Source of the DNA: an uncultured Nitrospinaceae bacterium
Lineage (GTDB): Bacteria > UBA8248
Length of the DNA stretch: 64,000 nucleotides
Reading direction: 5' to 3'
Assembly (NCBI GenBank): GCA_964005815.1
Contig: CAXFSR010000037.1
Location: 1 to 64,000 of the forward strand
The notes under the pieces are model-generated. The model did not search any database. It had not been told where the DNA came from and was given only the letters and a program-made list of their open reading frames with translations. The position numbers and the translations under genes are program-made. Positions 9,011-19,273 of the stretch are shown piece after piece (the stretch's first letter is position 1; each line of letters starts with the position of its first letter).

Positions 9011-9220
9011 TTATTTTTTATTTAAAGATTCTTCTTCTGGGATAGAATGCTCTTTTTCATTCTCCTTTAAAGAATCAGAATCTTCGTTAATCCCCTTCTT
9101 AAAACTCCGAATCCCTTTTGCAAGTCCAGAACCTATATCTGGAAGACGTTTCGCACCAAAAACCAGAACACATATAGCCAAGATAACTAATAGTTCTGTA
9201 AATCCCATATTGAAAGGCAT
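9011..9220 (-). CDS. tatA: Twin-arginine translocase TatA/E
   Basis: [42 protein letters not shown]. Confidence 0.95.
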   Translation of the reverse strand: MPFNMGFTELLVILAICVLVFGAKRLPDIGSGLAKGIRSFKKGINEDSDSLKENEKEHSIPEEESLNKK

Positions 9221-9251
9221 CTTTTTGCAAACCTCCTAAAGTTTTTTAAAT

Positions 9252-10430
9252 TTAAGAATCAGAAAAAACATTAGCACAAGCAGAAACACCAGAACCAACT
9301 TTTTCAGTGTAACCCATTTTTTTAAAAATCACCTCAAGCGCAGATAGGAAATAGACTACATTAGCTTGGGTTGCACCGTGACCCATCATCCCTACTCTCC
9401 ATATTTTTCCTGCTAAAGGCCCCAGACCACCCCCAATTTCTATATTGAAATCGTTCAAGAGTGTTTTTCTTATAGCACCATCATCTAAGCCGTCATATAG
9501 AGAAATTGTATTTAGAGTGGGCGTTCTAGCACCCTCTTTTGCAAACATCGAAAGCCCTAAAGCTTCTACTCCTCTTTGCAAAGCTAAACTTGCTAATTTA
9601 TGTCTTGAAAAACGCTTCTCTAAACCTTCTTCAAAAACAATTCTTAAAGCTTCTCTGATAGCGTAGTTCATCGTAATAGGACCGGTGTGATGGTAAACAC
9701 GATCGTTACCCCAATATTTCTCAACCATACTTACGTCAAAGTACCAACTTGTAACCTTATTCTTCCTCTCACGAACCTTACCAAGTGCTCTCTCTCCAAA
9801 AGTTATTGGAGCCACACCGGGTGGGCAAGACAAGCATTTTTGCGTTCCACTATACGCAATCTGAACTCCCCAGTTATCAATCTCAACGGGAACTCCACCA
9901 AGAGAAGTAACACAATCTAGTAACAATAAAGCATCATACTCTCTACAAATTCTTCCTATTTCTTCCATAGGTTGAAGTACCCCAGTGCTAGTTTCTGCGT
10001 GAACTATTCCAACCAGAGTCACTCCTGAGTTTGATTTTAACGCTTCTTCAAGATCGCTAGGGTCTATGGGCTGGCCCCAAGGTGCCTCAACACGAATTAC
10101 CTCTGCACCAAAACGAGCTGCAACATCTGCCATTCTTTCCCCAAAAACTCCATTAATACAAATAACTGCTTTGTCCCCTTCTTCAATAATATTACAAATC
10201 GAAGCTTCCATAGCAGCACTTCCTGTTCCAGAAACTGGAAAAGTTACCTCATTCTTCGTATTAAAAAGATCGCGTAACATATTTTGACAATCATCCATTA
10301 CTTTCAAAAAATAGGGGTCTAAATGACCAATGACATGTGAACTCATAGCTTTTAAAACCCGAGGATGAACAGGGCTTGGTCCTGGACCAAGAAGCAGACG
10401 TAAATCTGGATTTAATTCTTCAAACAACAT
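9252..10430 (-). CDS. Class V aminotransferase (alanine-glyoxylate / serine-pyruvate family)
   Basis: LLLGPGPS, GTGSAAME, HAETSTG, SGTQKCLSCPPG and YHHT motifs. Confidence 0.92.
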   Translation of the reverse strand: MLFEELNPDLRLLLGPGPSPVHPRVLKAMSSHVIGHLDPYFLKVMDDCQNMLRDLFNTKNEVTFPVSGTGSAAMEASICNIIEEGDKAVICINGVFGERMADVAARFGAEVIRVEAPWGQPIDPSDLEEALKSNSGVTLVGIVHAETSTGVLQPMEEIGRICREYDALLLLDCVTSLGGVPVEIDNWGVQIAYSGTQKCLSCPPGVAPITFGERALGKVRERKNKVTSWYFDVSMVEKYWGNDRVYHHTGPITMNYAIREALRIVFEEGLEKRFSRHKLASLALQRGVEALGLSMFAKEGARTPTLNTISLYDGLDDGAIRKTLLNDFNIEIGGGLGPLAGKIWRVGMMGHGATQANVVYFLSALEVIFKKMGYTEKVGSGVSACANVFSDS

Positions 10431-10738
10431 AATTACTCCCCAATAAAAGGCAACAAAAAGACCTAAACAAAAGTAAAAATATATAAAAATGATTAAATAA
10501 TAAGTTACGATAATATCATAAAGAATAAGCGATTTTAAAATATTGTAATAATTAAATTAGAAGAAAAATTATGTAAATTTTTAAATCAGATTGACTTTAT
10601 AGAAAGCAGGGTCAAAAATTAGAATTATTTTCTTTAAGGTTATTTAATTCGACTGCGGTACTTAGAGCTTTCGAAGTTTTTTTTAATTCATTTTATAAAA
10701 ATTTCAATAATTTTAATTTTGTAATAAGGAAAAACGCT

Positions 10739-12415
10739 ATGCCAAAAATGACGGGTGCTCAATATCTTGCTGAAGCTCTTAAAGCTTATGAAGTTACACA
10801 TCTATTTCATGTTCCAGCTATTCTTAGAAAAACTATGGTAGAACTAGAAGAAAGAACTCTAATTAATAGAGTACGTAGCCATGGAGAGAAGTCTGCAGCA
10901 TATATGGCAGACGGGTATGCAAGAGCAACCGGAAAACCTGGTATTTGTGCTGCTCAAGTTATTGGTGCGATGAATCTTGCTGCAGGATTACGCGATGCAT
11001 TTTTAGCAAGATCTCCTATTATTGCCTTAACTGGAGGAAGACTTCCGGAAACAAAATTTAGAAAAGTTTATCAAGAAATAGATGACGTCCCAACTTTTGA
11101 TCCTGTCACAAAATTTAATGCTACTATAGACGACGTATCCAGAATTCCAGATATGCTTAATCAAGCTTTTCGGAGTGCTACTTCTGGTTCTCCTGGACCT
11201 GTGCATTTACAATTTGCTGGAAATGAAGGACAACTTGATCAACAAGAAGCAGAAATGACATTGCAAATTGATAGAAATTGTATAAAAATGCCTCCTCACA
11301 GACCAGTTGCAGATTTAAATAGTATTTCTGAAGTTGCAACCATTCTTGCAAATTCTTCTAAACCCGTTTTAGTTGTTGGCGGCGGAGCAAGATCATCAGA
11401 AGCATCAAAAGAAATATTAACACTTGCAGAGAAGTTAAATATTCCTGTAGTTACTTCCCTAAATGGCAAAGATGTTTTTCCATCTACTCATCGTTTATCA
11501 GCTGGTGTGGTTGGAACTTACTCACGAGAAAGTGCTAACAAAACAGTTCTTGAATCCGATTTAGTTTTCTTTATTGGAACTCAAGCAGGTGGCATGACCA
11601 CACACTTCTGGGCAGTTCCTCCAATTGGAAAATCTGCAATTCAACTTGATATTGATCCAGAAGCTCTTGGTAGAAACTATCCACTCAACGTCGCTCTCAA
11701 TGGTGACGTAAAAGCCACCGTTCAAAAGCTCATTGAAGTTTGTGACCCTTCTTCAGCAAACAAAAGAGATAAGTGGGTAAAAACAGTAGAAGCAATAGTA
11801 AAAGAATATTACGACACTTACTCTTCACTGATGAATTCTGAAGATATTCCTATGCGACCTGAAAGAATTTGTAAAGAAATGACAGACCATCTACCTTCAG
11901 ATGCTATGGTTGTTGTAGATACTGGACATTCTGGAATGTGGATGGGTGGAATGTATGACTTAAGAGAATCTACTCAAAATTATATGAGAAGTGCCGGTCA
12001 TTTAGGTTGGGCATTCCCTGCAGCGCTAGGTGCAAAGTGTGGTATTCCAGACAGACCTGTTATTTGTTTCACAGGAGATTCGGGTCTTTGGTATCACATA
12101 GGAGACATAGAGACAGCAGTTCGTTGGAATATCAATGCGGTAATCCTTGTTAATAATAATCACTCCGGAAATCAATCCAAAAGAGGTTTCGATAGAATCT
12201 ATGGTGGTGAACAAACAGAAAAAGCATTCGAACTTTGGGGCTTAAGTAAAGTTAATTTTGCAGAAATCGCTGAAAACATGGGAGCATTGGGAATTCGTGT
12301 CGAAAAGCCTGGAGAACTAAAAAGTGCGTTTGACCAAGCTTTTTCTGCAAATCGACCTGTAGTCTTAGATGTAGTAAGTGAAATTAATGCCTTAGCCCCA
12401 CTAGCTCACAGCTAA
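10739..12415 (+). CDS. ThDP-dependent enzyme (acetolactate-synthase-like family)
   Basis: EKSAAYMADGYARATGKPG and the ThDP motif GDSG...NN. Confidence 0.9.
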   Translation: MPKMTGAQYLAEALKAYEVTHLFHVPAILRKTMVELEERTLINRVRSHGEKSAAYMADGYARATGKPGICAAQVIGAMNLAAGLRDAFLARSPIIALTGGRLPETKFRKVYQEIDDVPTFDPVTKFNATIDDVSRIPDMLNQAFRSATSGSPGPVHLQFAGNEGQLDQQEAEMTLQIDRNCIKMPPHRPVADLNSISEVATILANSSKPVLVVGGGARSSEASKEILTLAEKLNIPVVTSLNGKDVFPSTHRLSAGVVGTYSRESANKTVLESDLVFFIGTQAGGMTTHFWAVPPIGKSAIQLDIDPEALGRNYPLNVALNGDVKATVQKLIEVCDPSSANKRDKWVKTVEAIVKEYYDTYSSLMNSEDIPMRPERICKEMTDHLPSDAMVVVDTGHSGMWMGGMYDLRESTQNYMRSAGHLGWAFPAALGAKCGIPDRPVICFTGDSGLWYHIGDIETAVRWNINAVILVNNNHSGNQSKRGFDRIYGGEQTEKAFELWGLSKVNFAEIAENMGALGIRVEKPGELKSAFDQAFSANRPVVLDVVSEINALAPLAHS

Positions 12416-12426
12416 AAAATGTGTTT

Positions 12427-12930
12427 TTAGTTTTCATCTAGTAAAATGTCTTCATAATCAGGTATGGCACCCTTGCCCTTTTTAGCGGCAAGGGATTTTC
12501 TCTTAAATTCCATCACAAGAGTATTTCTTTGATTAAAAGCTCTTGTCAAAATTGTAACAATCCCACGATCTGATTTTGATTTTGACTCCCTTTTTTCAAT
12601 TATTTCTGATTCAGCGTAAATTGTATCTCCAATGAAAACTGGATTAGGAAGTTTAATAAAAGTCCATTCCAAATTTGCAATGGACCGATATGAAACATCC
12701 TCTACTGACATTCCCGTAACAACAGCCAGTGTCAAAGCAGAATTTACAAGGGGTTTGCCAAATTGTGTTTTGGAAGCATAGTGGTAATCAAAATGTATAG
12801 GATGATTATTATTAGTAAGTAGTGTAAACCATGTATTATCGCTTTCTAAAATAGTCCTTCCAGGACGGTGTTTAATTATTTCTCCAACATTAAAATCTTC
12901 AAACCATCTTCCTTTTTGATTCTTTTCCAT
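12427..12930 (-). CDS. MaoC-family (R)-specific acyl-CoA hydratase
   Basis: GRWFEDF.VG..I.H..GRT..ESDN..FT.LT.N.HPIHFD and PVFIGDT motifs. Confidence 0.9.
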   Translation of the reverse strand: MEKNQKGRWFEDFNVGEIIKHRPGRTILESDNTWFTLLTNNNHPIHFDYHYASKTQFGKPLVNSALTLAVVTGMSVEDVSYRSIANLEWTFIKLPNPVFIGDTIYAESEIIEKRESKSKSDRGIVTILTRAFNQRNTLVMEFKRKSLAAKKGKGAIPDYEDILLDEN

Positions 12931-12944
12931 ATTAAATCCTGTAT

Positions 12945-14096
12945 CTAAACTGGATAACGTTCTAGCAAGCGTCTAGCAATAATAATTCGTTGGATTTCGT
13001 TAGAACCTTCTCCTACAGTTAAAAGTTTACAGTCACGAAAATATCGCTCAACTGGCAACTCTTGAATAAAACCCATCCCACCGTGAATTTGAATGGCCTC
13101 ACTCGCACAAAATTCTGCTGTCTCTGAGGCAAAAAGTTTAGCCATCCCTGCCTCCAAATCACATCGTTTGTTATCGCTCTTCAAATTCGCAGCCTGATAG
13201 GTCATTAGTTTCGAAGCATGAATACGCGTTGCCATTTCCGATAATTTTGACTGAATCAATTGATGATGGGCAATAGGTTTCCCAAAAGTTTCTCTTTGTT
13301 GTGCATACTTAACTGAGTCTTCAAAAGCAGCCCTAGCTAAACCAACACTCCTGGCCGCAACATTAATTCGACCTCCTTCTAATGCACTCATAATCATGGG
13401 GAACCCTTCATTCTCTTTACCAAGCAAATTTTCAAGAGGCACCCTCGCGTCTTCAAAAATTAATTCGCTAGTTCTGAGTCCACGGTATCCCATTTTTTTC
13501 AAGTGACGGCTCACTTTAAATCCTGGACTTCCTTTATGTACGAGAATTCCTGATATTCCTTTTGCTTTTGGCAATTCTGGATCAGTCCGAACTAAAACAC
13601 AAAACATATTTGCGTGTTCAGCATTTGAAGTCCACATTTTAGTTCCATTAATAACCCATTGATCTTCTTCTTTTTTACCTTGTGTTCTAAGAGCAGCCGA
13701 ATCAGAACCTGAACCAGGCTCGCTTAATGCCATACCTGAATGCCAATCTCCCGTTGCCATTTTTGGCAAATAATTCTTCTTCTGTTCATCAGATCCATAA
13801 TGCAAAATCATCCAAGAAGTCATCATATGAGTCCCAAGTATTCCTGCAACACTCATCCAGCCAACTGAAAGTTCTTCCATGGCAATTGCATAACACACCT
13901 CATCCATACCACCGCCACCAAATTCTTCTGGAATTGTAAGCCCGAAAAAACCTAATTCCTGCATTTTTTCAACAATACCAGTTGGATAACGATCCTCTAG
14001 TTCATATTCCATTGCTACAGGTTTGATTTCGCGATCCACGAAATCCTTAATCATTTTTTGAACACTTATTTGCAATTCATTAAATTCAAAATCCAT
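12945..14096 (-). CDS. Acyl-CoA dehydrogenase
   Basis: LSEPGSGSD, NGTKMW, QIHGGMG and VGEGSNEIQR (catalytic Glu present). Confidence 0.95.
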   Translation of the reverse strand: MDFEFNELQISVQKMIKDFVDREIKPVAMEYELEDRYPTGIVEKMQELGFFGLTIPEEFGGGGMDEVCYAIAMEELSVGWMSVAGILGTHMMTSWMILHYGSDEQKKNYLPKMATGDWHSGMALSEPGSGSDSAALRTQGKKEEDQWVINGTKMWTSNAEHANMFCVLVRTDPELPKAKGISGILVHKGSPGFKVSRHLKKMGYRGLRTSELIFEDARVPLENLLGKENEGFPMIMSALEGGRINVAARSVGLARAAFEDSVKYAQQRETFGKPIAHHQLIQSKLSEMATRIHASKLMTYQAANLKSDNKRCDLEAGMAKLFASETAEFCASEAIQIHGGMGFIQELPVERYFRDCKLLTVGEGSNEIQRIIIARRLLERYPV

Positions 14097-14141
14097 CTCT
14101 TACTCTCCAGTAATAATGAAACCATTAAAAATTCTACTATA

Positions 14142-15320
14142 TTAGATAATTCCTTGTTCTTTATATTTCTGAATATCTTCTTTTGAAATCCCTAAGTTCT
14201 CTAGGATCAAATCTGTATGCTCTCCCAATAAAGGAGGCTGTTCCAATAATGGCTCAATATTATTAAATAAGACAGGAAATTTACACATCTTTATATTCCC
14301 ATATTTCCCATTAACTTCTTTAAAAATTTCTCTAGAAATTGCTTGAGGGTGATTACAAACCTCATCGAGACTGTTAACACAACCACATGGAACACCAAAA
14401 TCAAGAAAAATTTTTCTCCATTCCTCACGATCTTTCGTTTTTAAAACTGGAAGAAAAACCTCTAGTAAAGCGTGTAAATTCTCATATCTTTTAGCATTCG
14501 ATGAAAAGCGTGAATCTGTAATCCATTCCTCATGATCAAGAGCTCTAGCAAAATTATGCCAAGTTACCTCACTAGCACAAGCTATAGCGATCAATTTATC
14601 GTGTTTGTCCGGATAAGCACCATATGGTGCAAGTAAATGATGACCAGTTCCTATACGTTCTGGGATATAGTCATTCTCAAAGAAATGAAAAGGGAAATAG
14701 CCAAGCATGCTTACCATGCAATCAAACATCGAAACATCTATTTCCTGTCCTAAACCGTCTTTATCTCTTTGCTTAAGAGCCATCATGCAACTTAATGCGA
14801 CAAACAATCCAGTAACACCATCACAAATAGATAGTGCCATTTTAGCAGGTTCTTCTTTAGAACCAGTCATCTCCATAATTCCTGTTTCTGCTTGAATCAG
14901 TCCGTCAAAAGCTTTCATGCTTTTATAAGGTCCATCCTGTCCATATCCCGAAGTGTGAACATAAATAATATCTTTCTTAATTGTCTTAACATTTTCATAA
15001 TCATACCCAAGTCTATTAATAGAACCTGGACTAAAATTTTCTAGAAAAATATCAGCGTCTAGAATCAATCGATTAAGGATTTCCTTTCCTTTCGTATCTT
15101 TCAAATTAAGAGTAAGACTCTTCTTGTTTGGATTTACCCAAAAGTGAACAGAACCTTCTCCATTTACAACGTTATCCCAATGACGAACCATATCTCCTTT
15201 TTCTGGAACTTCTATCTTAATAACTTCCGCACCAAAATCTGCAAGATGGCGGAGACCAACAGGACCACTTATAGAAACACCAAGTGAAACTATTTTAATT
15301 CCTTCTAGAGGAAGTGACAT
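14142..15320 (-). CDS. Family III CoA-transferase (CaiB/BaiF)
   Basis: LEGIKIV, LADFGAEVIKIE, NKKSLTLNLK, ENFSPG, SGYGQDGPY and PPLLGEHT motifs. Confidence 0.93.
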   Translation of the reverse strand: MSLPLEGIKIVSLGVSISGPVGLRHLADFGAEVIKIEVPEKGDMVRHWDNVVNGEGSVHFWVNPNKKSLTLNLKDTKGKEILNRLILDADIFLENFSPGSINRLGYDYENVKTIKKDIIYVHTSGYGQDGPYKSMKAFDGLIQAETGIMEMTGSKEEPAKMALSICDGVTGLFVALSCMMALKQRDKDGLGQEIDVSMFDCMVSMLGYFPFHFFENDYIPERIGTGHHLLAPYGAYPDKHDKLIAIACASEVTWHNFARALDHEEWITDSRFSSNAKRYENLHALLEVFLPVLKTKDREEWRKIFLDFGVPCGCVNSLDEVCNHPQAISREIFKEVNGKYGNIKMCKFPVLFNNIEPLLEQPPLLGEHTDLILENLGISKEDIQKYKEQGII

Positions 15321-15354
15321 AAGAATTCTTTCCTTTAAAAAATTAGATTCGGTA

Positions 15355-15690
15355 TTAAATTTTTCTTAAATATTCTTGAAAATCATAAGTCAGAAACAAC
15401 AGAAACTTCAAAGTTAAATCTAATGCAATAAATTCTAAATCCTCTTCGTCATCTGATATTTCATCTTTCAACTCCTGAATAACTTGAAAGATTTCTTTTA
15501 CATTTTGACTTATTAGTGACCCATTGATTCTGTTTTTAGGTTCAATATCGTTTTCAACGAAATCAGAAAATGAATTAATCTCGTAGGAAACAAAACAAAA
15601 AGCATGAAATACCGCTTGTTCTATTTCATTTTCGCCTTTGCAATCCTTCCTTAACTCATTCAATTTTGCAAGTATCGATTCTACTTTCAC
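15355..15690 (-). CDS. Hypothetical acidic helical protein with internal two-fold repeat
   Basis: 111 aa, GAGG RBS before GTG; the two halves are similar in pattern. Confidence 0.7.
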   Translation of the reverse strand: MKVESILAKLNELRKDCKGENEIEQAVFHAFCFVSYEINSFSDFVENDIEPKNRINGSLISQNVKEIFQVIQELKDEISDDEEDLEFIALDLTLKFLLFLTYDFQEYLRKI

Positions 15691-15774
15691 TGAATAACCT
15701 CTTATTTATCGCTTTTAAAAATTCAAAAAAAACATTATCCTAATAGAATCGATTATAATGATGCAGTTTGATCT

Positions 15775-16629
15775 TTGCGAGGCTCAATCTTTAAAGAGTT
15801 AAAATCTTTTATAAGACAGGATTTAGTTATGGAAAAAATAGACCTGATTTCCTATGAAGAAAACTTAAATAAATTTTTGCGACTCAATACATTCCCAGTC
15901 GCCATTAAATTCTTGAAAAACTTAGCAGAAATTCCGGAGAGAACTAAAAGACCTTTAAAGGATTTGAAAAATCAATTTACCACTTGCCAAGCTATAGGCA
16001 TGGCTAGGAAATACGGTTGGGTAATTGCCCTTGGAAAAGAAGATAGTAGTTGTGTTCTTGGAGCAATGGCACTTGGTTTAGAAAAGAAATTGGATCATTA
16101 CAATGAGGGGAATTTATGCATAAATTTATATACAGAAAATCTAAATGCTGGTCGAATTAGTGAAGAAAGTGTTCCTAGACTTAATGAGGATGAATATGTT
16201 GGGATAATAGTTGGTCCACTTAATCGCACCTCATTTATTCCTGATTGCATCGTAGTATATGGAAACAGTGCACAAATTATGAGATTGGGACAGGCATGGC
16301 TTTGGAAAAGAGGTGGAACTATGAGTAGCGAATTCAGAGGAAGAATTGATTGTGCTGATATAGCAATCGCTCCTTTTATTTATGGAAAACCCCAAATGAT
16401 TGTTCCTTGTACAGGTGATAGAATTTTTGGACAAGTTCAAGACCATGAAATAGCGTTTAGTTTCCCATTCGATTTGAGTAATGAGATAATGGAAGGATTG
16501 GAAGGAACTCACAAAGCTGGTGGAGCAAGATACCCGGTCACAAACTGGATGAATTACACCGGCCACTTTCCAAGTTCATACGAAAATTACAGAGAAATGA
16601 TAAAAGAAGAAAACGAAGAAAAGATTTAG
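15775..16629 (+). CDS. DUF169 family protein
   Basis: LRLNTFPVAIK, CQAIGMAR, CVLG, YGNSAQIMRL, CADI and PCTGDR motifs; probable start at ATG 15829. Confidence 0.85.
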   Translation: MRGSIFKELKSFIRQDLVMEKIDLISYEENLNKFLRLNTFPVAIKFLKNLAEIPERTKRPLKDLKNQFTTCQAIGMARKYGWVIALGKEDSSCVLGAMALGLEKKLDHYNEGNLCINLYTENLNAGRISEESVPRLNEDEYVGIIVGPLNRTSFIPDCIVVYGNSAQIMRLGQAWLWKRGGTMSSEFRGRIDCADIAIAPFIYGKPQMIVPCTGDRIFGQVQDHEIAFSFPFDLSNEIMEGLEGTHKAGGARYPVTNWMNYTGHFPSSYENYREMIKEENEEKI

Positions 16630-16883
16630 ACCTTTACTCCGGTATTTCTTAATTCAGATAATATTTTTGAGATCCCTTTTTTTGCAATTGTTCTGATTCC
16701 ACGAGCAGAAACCTTCAATGTAACCCATCTTTTTTCTTCAGCCACCCAAAATTTTTTCTTATGTATATTGGCATTGAATCTTCTTCTAGTTTTTTTATTC
16801 GAATGACTTACATTATTTCCAAACATCACACCCTTGCCTGTAACTACACATCGTTTGTGAGAGAGGCTCTTAATCTTAGACAT
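16626..16883 (-). CDS. rpmB: 50S ribosomal protein L28
   Basis: RCVVTGK..MFGNNVSHSNKKTRRRFNAN....FW...KRWVTLKVSARGIRTI.KKGI. Confidence 0.97.
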   Translation of the reverse strand: MSKIKSLSHKRCVVTGKGVMFGNNVSHSNKKTRRRFNANIHKKKFWVAEEKRWVTLKVSARGIRTIAKKGISKILSELRNTGVKV

Positions 16884-16884
16884 T

Positions 16885-17034
16885 TTATTTCACCTCACGA
16901 AATAGAACATGCTTTCTACAAAAGCTACAGAATTTTTTGAATTCGAGTCTGTCTGGAGTAGTTCTTTTATTCTTTGTAGAAGCGTATCTTATCTTTTCAC
17001 AATCGACACACTCTAATAAAATTTTATCTCTCAT
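16885..17034 (-). CDS. rpmG: 50S ribosomal protein L33 (Zn-ribbon C+ type), 49 aa
   Basis: Below the ORF-track cutoff; hand translation MRDKILLECVDCEKIRYASTKNKRTTPDRLEFKKFCSFCRKHVLFREVK. Confidence 0.95.
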   Translation of the reverse strand: MRDKILLECVDCEKIRYASTKNKRTTPDRLEFKKFCSFCRKHVLFREVK

Positions 17035-17116
17035 AATACACAAACCTTCTGTAAAAAAAGCACTTCCTTGGAAAACGTGAAAGATACATCAAATTTGAGT
17101 TAAAACGCAAGTAGCA

Positions 17117-18106
17117 TTAACTTGGTTTTTTCAAAAAACCATCTACAGGCAATTTTGTCCCTATTTTTTTTTCTTTGGCAAGTTTGAAAATCTCTGAACC
17201 AAGTGCAACATCCTCTGAGGCCACACCTTGACTTAAAAATAGATTCACTTCTTCTTCCGACAATCTTCCAGGCATTGTACCATTTGCTAACATACCTATC
17301 TCCACTACCTGTCCCCAATTAATAATATTTGAACGAACTGCACCTACTAAATCTCCACTCTCAAATTTTGCACCTTCTAAATTGTCTGTAACAATCCGAC
17401 CTTGAGAAGCTTTCCTAAATGTCTCATCATCGACTTCTCGATTGGTAATTCGATTCGAACCAGCTGCAATAACAGTTGTTCCCGGCTCCAAATCTTTTCC
17501 ATCAAAGACAGGTTCGCTAGCATTTGTCATTGTACAAACTATTTTTGAACCTTTCACAGCCTTTGAAGGATCATCAACTGTAACTAGTTCTGTCTTCACT
17601 CTATCTTTCATCCTCATAACAAATTTTTCTCTTTTATCCTTAGTCCGGCTAAATATTTTGACTTTTTTGATATTTCTGGCTAAACAAATAGCTTCTAATT
17701 GCGTTCCCGCTTGTCTACCTGTCCCAATTAATCCAGCTTCTTCTATCGATTCATTCGCCATATATTTAGCAGCAATACCACTAGCAGCTCCAGTTCTAAG
17801 TTGTCCAAGTAAGTTAGCTTCCATCAAAGAAAGTAATTCTGAACTATTAGCATCCCAAAGTAAGAAAATAAATCGAACACCAACTCCAGGAAAAGCAGTG
17901 TAAGTTTTTAGACCTAAAAAACCCTCATTTTCCCTGATCAAACTTGCAAACATAACATGCATCATGCCATCTGGGACATAGACCCTTCTCCTAGGTTGAT
18001 TGGTTGCCATTCCTTTCCCCTGCAACCTAAAACACTCATCAACCACCCTCATAACATCTGGCATTTCTATAAGCGATTCGACTTCTTCTTCATTTAAATA
18101 GAGCAT
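17117..18106 (-). CDS. Ornithine cyclodeaminase / mu-crystallin family protein
   Basis: LGQLRTGAASG, IGTGRQA, AAGSN and SQGVASED motifs. Confidence 0.92.
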   Translation of the reverse strand: MLYLNEEEVESLIEMPDVMRVVDECFRLQGKGMATNQPRRRVYVPDGMMHVMFASLIRENEGFLGLKTYTAFPGVGVRFIFLLWDANSSELLSLMEANLLGQLRTGAASGIAAKYMANESIEEAGLIGTGRQAGTQLEAICLARNIKKVKIFSRTKDKREKFVMRMKDRVKTELVTVDDPSKAVKGSKIVCTMTNASEPVFDGKDLEPGTTVIAAGSNRITNREVDDETFRKASQGRIVTDNLEGAKFESGDLVGAVRSNIINWGQVVEIGMLANGTMPGRLSEEEVNLFLSQGVASEDVALGSEIFKLAKEKKIGTKLPVDGFLKKPS

Positions 18107-18141
18107 TAAAAACTCCTTCGCTTCTATATATACAAGTCAAA

Positions 18142-19242
18142 CTATACTCGAAATTTTTCAATCTTATCCATATCAATTGAAACACCTAGACCAGGCGAAT
18201 TTGGAACAGCAATTTTTCCACTATCAATTTGAATAGGAAGATTTACAATGTCATCGACCATTTTATAAGGACCTACCGATTCAATCGCACTAAGAACATT
18301 TTTAGAAGTCGAAGCAAGATGAATTTCAGCAATAGTCATAGGAGTAAGCCCAAATCCATGGCCGATAACGATTTCCATTCCTACTTCTTCGAGCATACTG
18401 ATCATTTCCCTCACTTTAAATACTGAACCTTGCTTTAAAATTTTTAGTTTTACAATATCAGCAGCCTCATGCTTAATAACTTCCAATAAACTACGATAGT
18501 CAGTAATACATTCATCCGCCATAATTGGAACATCTACAGATCTTCTAAGTTCTGCTAAAAGAGCTAAATTTTTTCTATCGAAAGGTTGTTCAAAAAGTCG
18601 GACTTCAGCGCTGGAGACTTCTTTAATAAAATTCTGAGCATCTTGTATACTTTTATAAGACTCATTAGCATCGACTCTGATTTCAAAATCTTTACCACCT
18701 CCCTCACGAACTGACAGAACCCTTTCTATATCCCTCTCTACTTCCCCATTTAATTTTACCTTACATGCTATCCACCCATTTTCTTTAAATTTTTTCGCTT
18801 CGATAGAAGCATCGTAATTAGAAAGAACACCAATCCACGCATTGAAAAAAACATCTTTTACTACTGAACCACCTAATAATCCAGAGAGAGATACCTCTAA
18901 AGATTTTGCATGTATGTCTGACAGAGCAAGTGTAATAGCAGATTTTCCTTCCCAAAATCCATCGATAGTAGAATCTAAAATATGAGAAATCTTTCTCAAA
19001 TTTCTTGGATCTTCACCAATAAGAACAGGAGACAGTTTTTTTTCAACAGTTTCTGCAATTTCGTTCCGGTTTAACTTTGTATATCCCTCAGATGGTTCAA
19101 TATCGCCAATTCCATCTAGACCATTATTAGTCTTCACATGAACAACTACTCCTTCTTGGACATTGTGATTATGTCTAGCATTACGAAAGAAACCTCTCAT
19201 TGGCATATCAATTTTATAAACATCAATAGTAGATATTTTCAT
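18142..19242 (-). CDS. Enolase-superfamily MLE-subgroup enzyme (muconate cycloisomerase / dipeptide epimerase-like)
   Basis: KVK, RVDANE, EQP, ADE, LK and PGLGV motifs. Confidence 0.88.
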   Translation of the reverse strand: MKISTIDVYKIDMPMRGFFRNARHNHNVQEGVVVHVKTNNGLDGIGDIEPSEGYTKLNRNEIAETVEKKLSPVLIGEDPRNLRKISHILDSTIDGFWEGKSAITLALSDIHAKSLEVSLSGLLGGSVVKDVFFNAWIGVLSNYDASIEAKKFKENGWIACKVKLNGEVERDIERVLSVREGGGKDFEIRVDANESYKSIQDAQNFIKEVSSAEVRLFEQPFDRKNLALLAELRRSVDVPIMADECITDYRSLLEVIKHEAADIVKLKILKQGSVFKVREMISMLEEVGMEIVIGHGFGLTPMTIAEIHLASTSKNVLSAIESVGPYKMVDDIVNLPIQIDSGKIAVPNSPGLGVSIDMDKIEKFRV

Positions 19243-19273
19243 TTTTACACTCTTCTGAAAAAATTCATCAAAA

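Noticed and set aside
10591..10615. TTGAC-N15-GTCAA inverted repeat in a divergent promoter region
   Set aside because: Only 5-bp arms; could be opposing -35-like hexamers or chance, and no second copy was seen.
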